Shown here one piece after another: positions 52,721 to 62,184 of a stretch of DNA of 64,000 nt (positions are counted from its first letter, which is position 1; each line of letters starts with the position of its first letter). A program made the translations under genes and the position numbers. The DNA is taken from NCBI GenBank assembly GCA_036172245.1, contig JAYWIR010000025.1, positions 2,294,001-2,358,000 on the forward strand. Direction: 5' to 3'. Origin of the DNA: Raillietiella orientalis (lineage: Eukaryota). The notes beneath the pieces were generated by a model. That model searched no databases, was not told the DNA's origin, and was given only the letters and a program-made list of their open reading frames with translations.

Positions 52721-53398
52721 GTCATTTAAAAATATTCTGAAATTATTCCTGGTTTTTGTTTTAGGACTTGACATTTTTCATGAAGTTGAAATTGCGCACA
52801 TTAGCACTCTATAATAAAACTAAAAGCTTGTTATTCCTAAATATTCTTATAGTGATGTGATTTTAATCTAGATACAGTGGTATAGTATTTCTTGCCGTTT
52901 ATTAATTTCCAATTTCATTCCTTTTACGCTGTATCTGTCTGTAAAGGAAATCTAATTAATTTTCGGGTTTAATTTTCAATTTAGTAAATGTACTGAATAC
53001 ATGTACGACATATACCATTTAAAGTAAAAAATGGGAAATCTACCCTTAGAAATATTTCAAAAATAAATAAGGCGTAATCTCAATTAATGTAGGTATTATT
53101 TTATTCAAAACAAAATTTTCGAGTTTCTATGTGAACGTAGAACATGTGTATAGGTAGAAAGATATGTAGCCTTTTAACTCCTGTAAAATTTGGCACTCAT
53201 GTTCTTTCGGATTAAAGTGCTGCTTTGGACGCCTTCGTGGAACGTCTTGTGTGACATTTGTATTGTTTGGGAGTGTGTGTGCGTTCTAAGCAGAATATTG
53301 AAATGATTTGAGCTTAAAAGTTTGAGAACACCTGAAGCTTTCGTTGTACATAACGTATTTCTTTGTACTAGCTTTAGTGAAACCAAAAAAATAAAAAT

Positions 53399-54759
53399 AT
53401 GGTTGAGGTGGAATCTTCATGGTATGAATCATCAGGGTACGAAAAACCGTATGGAAAATCATACGGAGGTGGAGGAGGAGGAGGTGGTAGCGGTGGATAC
53501 GATGAAGTTGATGACACTAGGTAGTGTAATATTTTTTAGATTTCAAGTTTTTCTAATGTGTGAAAGCGATTCTGCACATTTCTTAGGAATTAAGGTAATC
53601 TGGAGTAATGCTGTAATATTCTTACTAGCTTTTACTAGTGCCTTTAAGTTGCGAAAATGCGTACTTGCATGACGTAGCGTTCCGGAGAAAGCGGCACAGT
53701 ATAATCTAAATTTTAATTTTTTCCCTTAGGACCGGGGAAGGTGAGGTCTGGACCTTCCAGGGTGTGGCATTTTAATAATCTTGATTTAATTTTAATGTAA
53801 TATGTGTTTTGTATTAATGTTGACGGCGCAAAAAAGGTGAGTATTTAGATGAATAACTCGCTGTACGATGTAGATGGCGTGATGCTTACAAGTGTTGTTT
53901 TTTCAAGGAAATTATTCGTCGGTGGCCTAAGTTGGGAAACTTCGGAACGTAAGTGAAGTTACCGTGTGGGCTTATACTGATACTTCACTAACAGGCGACC
54001 TGTGGAAGTATTTCGAACAGTTTGGCTCCCTTGATAGTGTCAGCGTGAAAATCGACCGCAACACTGGAAGGTCTAGGGGCTTTGCTTTTATAATCTTCAA
54101 GGATCGACACTCCGTGGACACAGTAAAGTTTGTTTGCCCTTTTGTGCATATGGGAAATTTTTTTTCTAGGTAATGAATGAAGATGAACATGTAATTAACG
54201 GGAGAAAAGTTGACCCCAAAAAGGCTAGGAATAGACAAGGAAAGATATTTGTAGGAGGCATCACAGCAGCTCTTACGGACGATGAGATTAAAAATTACTT
54301 CTCGCAGTTTGGAACAGTAAGAAATTTGAGTGTTTGCCTCCATTAATTGAAATAGGTGATAGATATGCAAATACCCATGGATAAAGCAACAAACCAAAGA
54401 AAGGGGTTTTGTTTCATAACTTACGACTCTGAAGCTGTAGCAAGAGAACTGTTAGAAACTCCACGCCAGAGCATCAATGGAACTGAAGTGGATGTGCGCA
54501 AAGCAATGCCCAAACCAAATGATAATTACTCTGGTGGTTCCCGGAGCTACCAATCAGGAAGCAGAGGAGGTGGAAATTATCGTTCTGGTGGCTCATATAA
54601 TAAAAGTAACGGGGGTAGTTGGAGCAACTATGGCCGGAGCAATAATTATAGTAAGTTGCATACCAAATAACAGGTCAGTTTCTAGGTTCATTTTCAGGAA
54701 GCTCCGACAGCCAGCAGAGGAATCGCAGTTCAAATTCATCCCGTCATTATCCATACTGA
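53399..54759 (+). CDS. squid/hrp40-like hnRNP (2 RRMs + short G/S/Y/N tail), divergent paralog, 264 aa, 6 exons
   Basis: Exons 53399-53520, 53908-53948, 53995-54122, 54170-54316, 54356-54650, 54698-54759. KLFVGGLSWET, RSRGFAF, KIFVGG, RKGFCFITY, terminal RHYPY (PY-NLS-like); AATAAA at 54805-54810. Confidence 0.93.
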
Positions 54760-54951
54760 TTTGTTGTATTTCTACATATTTGTAATGTCAACTTGTGTGG
54801 GTTTAATAAAGACATTGATAAATCATAGAGTAAAACTGAGGTGTTTTAATCAGTCAAAGTCAATCTTTTGTGATTGGTATCCAGGTTATGAATGATGTTG
54901 CTATTTGATGTCAATGATGGCTCTGTTACACAACATGGTGGCCAGTGCTGG

Positions 54952-56579
54952 TTATGGAAACCAGAGTTGTATTTTTCCGATTTTCCAATTGAACTGTTTC
55001 CGAACCTGTCTGTTGAAAAGTCGACTGTAGATGAATGTCCAGGAGCCTCTCATTGGTGAGGAACGAGCATTGTATGCAGCTGCATTTTGAAGAATAACGA
55101 ACTTGACTGAAACAAGTTTGACTGCATTTTCATTCAAAGCACAGCATCTGTGTAGGTATGTCAGTGGACTATTTCGATGAGGTGCGGTAGTGTATGTGTG
55201 TACCGGAATAACCTCTAGTTCTTTTTCGGTTGGTTGAAATGAAAAAAGAATCGTAACGGTAGTTGCATTTATTTTTAAAGTGGATGTACGAGCGTAAGGA
55301 ATTTCAAGTAACCCAAATGCATGCTCTGAGAAGATTCACATCATTGGCGGTACAAGTGCTTGGGGGAAGACACAGGGGCCGTAAACGTTTTTTCCGACTG
55401 GTGCTCCGTGACAAGGATAAACCCAGGCATGAAAGAACAATTGAAGGGAATAATAACACATATGCCACTTATCACCAGCAAAGGGAAAAGTGAATAACAG
55501 ATAAGTGCAGGTAGACGCAAAAGTACAAGGTCGACCCTTTACATTTTTGGATTTTGCATTGTACAAGTGATTACCTATAATTAGCTAAGTAACGAGTCGT
55601 CTTTTGCTAGACAGAAATAGAAAGCTGCGCTTTTATGGCAGTTGATGTACACGGCTCTGCGCATGGCATTCTTTGCCGTATTTTATTTTGGAAAACCAAA
55701 AATCACAGATCGTACCGTCATTTCAGCGAGGAAATCGTGATGTACAACAGGTGCATTTGAAAGCACTTGAGGATGTTAACAAAATGGTTGGTTATGAACC
55801 GAAAAGGGAATGATCAGATATTTCCAAGCAATCTGGATGGAGCTCTCGGAATAGGAACAGCAAGGGGTTTGCATTTTTGATGTCCATCTTGGTTGTTTCC
55901 TTTTCCGGTACGTAACCGTATCAAAGGAAGTATGAGCATGAGAATGCTGCTTAACGAAACCACGCCATTCATCATGAAAACCTTCCGTTGCTGGTAGCCC
56001 CACCCCGAATCATTTTCCGAAGCTGGGGAAATTCTGTGCTTTGAAGCTCCCGACTCTTCGGAACTTCTTCCTTTCAAGGGGGAAGCTGTCCCCAAGGTGC
56101 GTCGTCGTGACCACGGAACACACTCGGAGGTGAATCCGTGTCAAATCGTCTGGAGCTCGCCATTATAGCACACATTCGACCCGCGATGGTAAAAGCCAAC
56201 CGAACTCGCTCGATTGTATCGAAGAGGATGGTTGCGCGGTGAAGAACAAAACACTCGATGGAAACGAAAAACCTTTGAGTTAGAAACCCCGCTGAATGTT
56301 CCACGAAAGCACCAGAAAGTTCGGAAACCAACTGCTGATGCAACCGGCTAACCCGTTGGAATTCATGTTACAGAGGGAAACGATAAACTACTACTACCCC
56401 GCTGTCTTCCCGGGATTCATCTGAATCAAACACATAACATGGGACGATCATATCCCGTGAAAATGTAGCTGCACTCCCAACAGTTGGGTTACGGAGAGGT
56501 ACAGCCCTATCTGTGTCTAAAAAGTTTGCACAAGGCGAACTTTGGTTTCTAGTGGATTATACAGAAAGAAAGGGCATAT

Positions 56580-56645
<66 letters not shown>

Positions 56646-57499
56646 CTGGGAGGGAGGGAGTCACGAAACATACTGAAATGGGGGGGGGGACTCGTGGCAA
56701 GTTTAATCGATGCTAAATTAGATGCGAGGAATCTTCGATGGTGGTGGTAGCGTGCCACGAAGGACGGTTCGGCAGGACAAAATTCAGGGAGCGCGCGTTC
56801 TGCCATTTTTAAACACCTTTTCTCACTTTCATCCATGCTTTTCATGAGAGCGACGCCGTGCACGGAAAGTACTTTCTCGTCTACGACTGGTGAAGCAGCA
56901 AACCACCACCAAAGGCTCCGTTTTCTCTCTCTTTGCAAATTAATAAGAACTTTTGCTTTTCATAATGGATTCCGCCTTTCGCAGTGCACAGCAAGAGAGG
57001 TAGAGAGACCTAACGAAACTCGAGACGAATCCATATGTCTGTGCTGTGCACTTCCTTTCGACGTGCTGGCAGCGACCGCCGTTACCGCACGGTAGAAAGG
57101 GGGAGGGGGGGGGGGACTGCCCGGACGGAAAGCCCTTCGCAACACGGCCAGTTTCCACCATCGATCGGTGGGGCGTGACCCAGTCTACTCTTCGAATTCC
57201 ATTACGGCCACCTCAGCGTGGCGCTTGTTTCGGGGAGCGGTTATTAAAAATGGTAGTAACAACTGCAAGGTGCAAAACACTTCTTGCTTTACACCCACAT
57301 GGCCGGGATTTCCATGCTGACGCGCACTCGGATTCAAGCGGCAGCTTCACCCCACAAACACGTGACGAATCGGTGACCGCACAAGAACGGCAAACTATGG
57401 AATACACCAACGAGCCATTTTTGGAAGTAAATCTCACCAAGTACATACGGCAATGTTTCGATTAAACCTAAAGTTAATATACAAAGTCAACAGGAACAC
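54952..57499 (-). pseudogene. Dynein relic: end of AAA2 through AAA3 segment
   Basis: Strong acceptor TTTGCTTTTCCAG at 57500, then VFLLTL (cf. KLLTL) and MYLVRF..SIVCRSCAV (cf. M.L.FE..ATVSRCGMV); TILFDTIERVRLAF (cf. ILVPT.DTVR); FIYSRLFNRQVRKQF (cf. RVF.DRL...DR.WF). Frames differ between adjacent blocks. Confidence 0.6.
56582..56643. repeat. (AG)n microsatellite, ~31 units
   Basis: Perfect dinucleotide run. Confidence 0.98.
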
Positions 57500-58442
57500 C
57501 TGGAAAAGCAAAGCATACAAAATCAAAGGGTAAACGCACTCCCTGCATCTGGACGAGTGTCAATTTCTCGCAACTTTTCATTTTTAAATGTCCTTTCATG
57601 ACTATCCGATTCCATATTCAAATCGTCTTTCTAATTACATATGTCACTGCATTTGGGATTTATGAACACATTATGTGCTTCCTCAAAGTTTCAACAAAGT
57701 GAACACTGGACACATACCATACACAACAAATACCTTAAACATCAAAATCAGCCTTGCATGACCACAAACAAAATTCAAAAATGCTACATAAAAATAAATA
57801 CATGCAAAAAGGCGGGAGTATAATTTCAGCATTATCAGAGACGGGTAAGATCTCAGACAGAATAGATAAACAAACGATTCATAAAACGGAAAGGTAACAG
57901 AAAACCCTTTGTATTTACATAATACACATGTAAACCCAAATCTGATCAAGGACTTGACCCATCTTGAAAGAAACACACCTGCTGACTTTACTCAAAACAA
58001 GGTGAAACTGAGATGATATGCAGTACACGAGCCCTTATCCACTTAAAAGATATAGCATAACATAATCTTATAATTTCAAAAATAATTTGAAACACATGCA
58101 CAACCTGGGATAGAAACTTCATAATGTAATTTGATAAACTCCAAATGTAACAAAAGAACAAATTCTTCAACATACACAAAACTGCAAAGGTGCAAGACTC
58201 ATCAAACAATGACATACAACTGCAAGCAACGTTGTTGGAAAAATCTCTGGAAACTTCCAAGAGATATTTTGCAATGATAAACATGCAGTTATAATAAAGC
58301 AATTCAAACATGTTCCAAACACATTGAGCACTGCTTTACAAAGTACCACACAACAAATTAGGAGAACCTACAAAACATTCAACTGAAGACATGTTCAAGA
58401 TATTATTTGATATTCAATTTAAAATTTACACAAATCTGATGG

Positions 58443-58477
<35 letters not shown>

Positions 58478-58691
58478 CCACTAAACTTTTAAGGCTGCTG
58501 AAATAACTGTGCTTGCCTTACTCTTTCCACTCTGCATAATATAAACATAAAACAAAAGAAAACCATTCCTGCATTATAAATAATTTGTTTATTTTTACAT
58601 AAACTGTGGTCAAGGATAAAAGGACAAAAAGAGTGTCTGTATATCAACATAATTTCATCACCATGGACACAAGGATTAAGAGAATCGATGT

Positions 58692-61646
58692 TTAGTATGG
58701 TTGATGCCTTTGGGGCGGACGCCCACCTCGTGCTTTTCCAGTAAATGTGGTCTGCGTTTTCCCCCTGGTTGTTACAGCACGACTACTGTATCCACTCTGA
58801 TCATATCCATAACCACTATCATAACCACCATAGCCATAGTTGTAATTGCCATAGTAATCATAGCCTCCATATCCACCATAACCACTGCCATAGCCATAAT
58901 CGTAGGCTCCATATCCTGCTATTAAATATCCGTTATACCAAAATACCAAAGCCTAAAAGTTCTCTGACTTACCATAACTATTATAAGGGTAACTGCCATA
59001 CCCTGAACTACTCCATCCCTGATTCCATCCTCCCCTGCCTCGAGCTCCTCGAGCACCTCTGAGGGCTCCACGAGCACCTCCTCGAGCACCACGAGCTAAT
59101 ATGCCACCATCCTGTTTAGGTGTAGCTTTTTTCACATCTACTTCCTTCCCATTAATGATTTGCTTCGGATTCTTGAGAATTTCGTTTACAATGGCTTCAG
59201 ATTCAAATGTGATAAAGCAGAAGCCTTTTCTCACATTTTTTACTTTATCAAAGGGGAGCTCCACATCAATTATCTGTTAACAGTAACAATGACAAGGAAA
59301 TTGCCCAGCATTTTTTTCATTATACCGTCCCAAATTGGGCAAAATGATTCTTGATCTCATCATCACTTTGTTCCAAAGAAAGACCTCCAACAAATATTTT
59401 CCCCTGTTTTGCTTTGGCCTTTTTAGGGTCAACTTTTTTCCCATTGACAATATGATCCCCAGCACCGATAACCTACAAAATTTGTTGTAACATGTGCATG
59501 TTGTGTTGTTATAAAATTTACCGCATCAACTGCTTCTATGTTCTTGAACACAACAAAAGCAAATCCCCGTGAACGACCAGTATTGGGATCTGTCTTCACA
59601 TTAACACTTTCAATCTCCCCATACTGTCCAAAGTGCTCCCTTAGATCCTCTACAACACAGAAAGTTAGTACATTACGATTAACGAAATCCTTCCTTACTT
59701 TCAGTTGTTTCCCAGCTTAAGCCACCAACAAACAGCTTCCTAAAAAAAGACACACAAGAATTAAAAGTGGGCTGTGAAAACCGACTTCCTTTTTTTTTTA
59801 TTGTACTTATGAAACACTGCAGCTCTGGTTTATATTAACTCTGGTTTAATGTTATTCCAATTACGGTAATAACAAATCTGAAAAAGATTTGGACAAGAGC
59901 CGCTAATCTGTACTCTAACTTCTGCAAACAAAAATATACCAACAACAAAGTTAACCTTTATGGATTCTAATTCTATGCATTTAAGTTACTTTTACAGATA
60001 TGAGAACCCAAGGAATAAATACCATGGGTAATGTTAATCACCCTGTTCAAAACCCTCGATGTTACCTTCATCATTCTTTCTGGATTTCTGCAGGGTAAGA
60101 AATCTGATTTGCAAGGTGAGAGAAAAGATTATTTATTTTTTAACCACAGCCAATCAACTAAAACTAACTAAATTGAAACTAAGAAACATTTCAAGTTTTA
60201 TATTAACAAGCTTCAAGTTTCAAGCTAAAAAAAAACTAATGTTGCGAACTTTAAAATATCATATAACTTATGTTATTATACATTTTAATCAAAAGAAGAT
60301 GATAAACTTGTAAGTTGCTTGTATCTTCAAAACTCTATGAGAACATGATTTTGATCAATTATCTTCTTTAACAAAAGTTTTAACATGTTTTTCTGGGTAT
60401 CTTATATTTCAGCATTACATTACATAATGACTCAAAAATTAATTTCAGATCCACTGACTGAAACTTATCAATAGTTAAAAAACCTTCTTAAAAGGTAGTT
60501 TTAATGTTACACTACATTACTAAAAATTCTTCTTAAAAAGCATTGCTTTAATGTAGTTTCAATTACCTGAGAAATTATTCATCTTTGAAGATCCAAAGAA
60601 ATTTTTTTTACCAACTTCTTCCTTGATACTTCCGGAATGATATGCAACTTACTGCAGCACACCAGTAATGCTGTTTTCAGAAAAAACCATTAACTTCTAG
60701 CACTCCCGCGGCACACTAATTTTCCAATGTCCTGGCGTTTAACATAAATACCAAGTCTCGAATATATTGAGATAGAATCCAATAATGGTAATACGTAAAA
60801 TCTTCTGAATGCTGATACTTTACTTTTGGCACATACATCAAACACGTTACCACAGACAGTAAAAACAATACATTCTATTTTATAATTATTTTTTCTGTTA
60901 TTTTGTAATGAATTTTTCCGACGACTTTATTCCAGTACAAACTATTTCATGGTAAGGCTATCACCGAATTGGGTTATAGTTACTCCCATATTTATGGTAA
61001 ATTTGTATCCAAACATTCCTGAACAACATGCAATAAACTATTGCAAACATTCATGGCCAAAATATTAAGATAATTTCTAGAGCTCAAGAACAAGTATTAA
61101 GTGAATATTTTCACTTGTAATGTATTAAGAGATAACGTTTAGAATCACATCACTGAACATCAATTTCCATAAATTTACGCCTATCAAAGAATCCTAATTT
61201 ATCGAATATGATAAAAAAAAGTTCTGAATGCTAAAAGATGAAAAAAAAAACGATATCAAGGGCAGGGATTTACGCAAATTACTTAGCAAATACGACTGAG
61301 TACGTATCTTTTAGAAGTGCATAATGGAAATACTGCGATCCATTTACAACTGGAAGGACCTCGTGTTGAGCCATACCTATTCATTTATTTACCTTTCATC
61401 GTCTTTTCCCGGTATATCTGCACTTCCACTATCAACAGGAATATCACCTATTCCTTCTTCAATAAGACTATTTGATTCTAACTGCAAACCATTGCCTTCA
61501 ATATGTTCGGACTGGACTAGATTCCCCTGCACTATATTTTCAGTAGATTCAAAATTCTGTTGCTCAAAACATGAATTGTTAGCATTGGACTGAAATTCTC
61601 CATTAGCATCAGAGTAATCTTGCGTGAAATCTTGATTGTCACCCAT
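58692..61646 (-). CDS. sqd: RNA-binding protein squid/hrp40 (hnRNP D/AB family), 364 aa, 6 exons
   Basis: Exons 61646-61393, 59739-59699, 59649-59522, 59472-59326, 59273-58973, 58915-58692 (NAGNAG alternative start 58918). DDERKLFVGGLSWETTE, KTDPNTGRSRGFAF, KKVDPKKAK, RGG/GY-rich tail ending RHQPY. Confidence 0.95.
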
Positions 61647-61677
61647 ATTCACTTGAGCTCTGGAACTCCACTAAAGC

Positions 61678-61775
61678 AAAATGGCGACAGTCACGAACGA
61701 AATGCGTTACAATGCGCTCGCAGAAATGTATCGAACCGCATGCCAGCTCCGCATTGGGCAGCAGGCGTGACGTCA
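61678..61775 (-). promoter_or_regulatory. sqd promoter/5' UTR elements (YY1-like and CRE motifs)
   Basis: AAAATGGCG at 61678-61686 and TGACGTCA at 61768-61775, in a CpG-retaining patch just upstream of the ATG. Confidence 0.5.
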
Positions 61776-62184
61776 CGAGAGTGGTAAAACGTACCGGTGC
61801 ACCAAGGACGATCCGGGACGTGTGCGGTCATCAAAGGGCTCGCGCGTGTCCCTAAATGCAGAAATTTTCTAGTAAAATCGATAAGTAAGATTGCGGGCGT
61901 ACATAAACCCGGCCTTGCAAATGTAATAGCTGAATACGTTTCGGCTGCCATTTTAATTTAGGTCTTCGCTGGTCACTTGGCCAATGCTAGCAAGACAGCA
62001 GTTGACGTGGAACCTATGCTTCTGTGCTGCTGCCGTGGTAACTATGGCACTGCTAAGTCTAAATAGCAAGAGCGGACATTCTTGAACGGGGGTCCCGAAA
62101 GGGCCCATGGAAACCGTTGGAAACGCTGAAGGAATTGATGGCGGACGACATCATCATGTCCACCTCCACAAGTCTTAACAATAC

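Noticed and set aside
57500..57978. 3' UTR intron of sqd (hnRNP D-style NMD autoregulation)
   Set aside because: The strong acceptor at 57500 is better explained as a dynein-relic exon start, and the donor at 57978 is weak. Not fully excluded.
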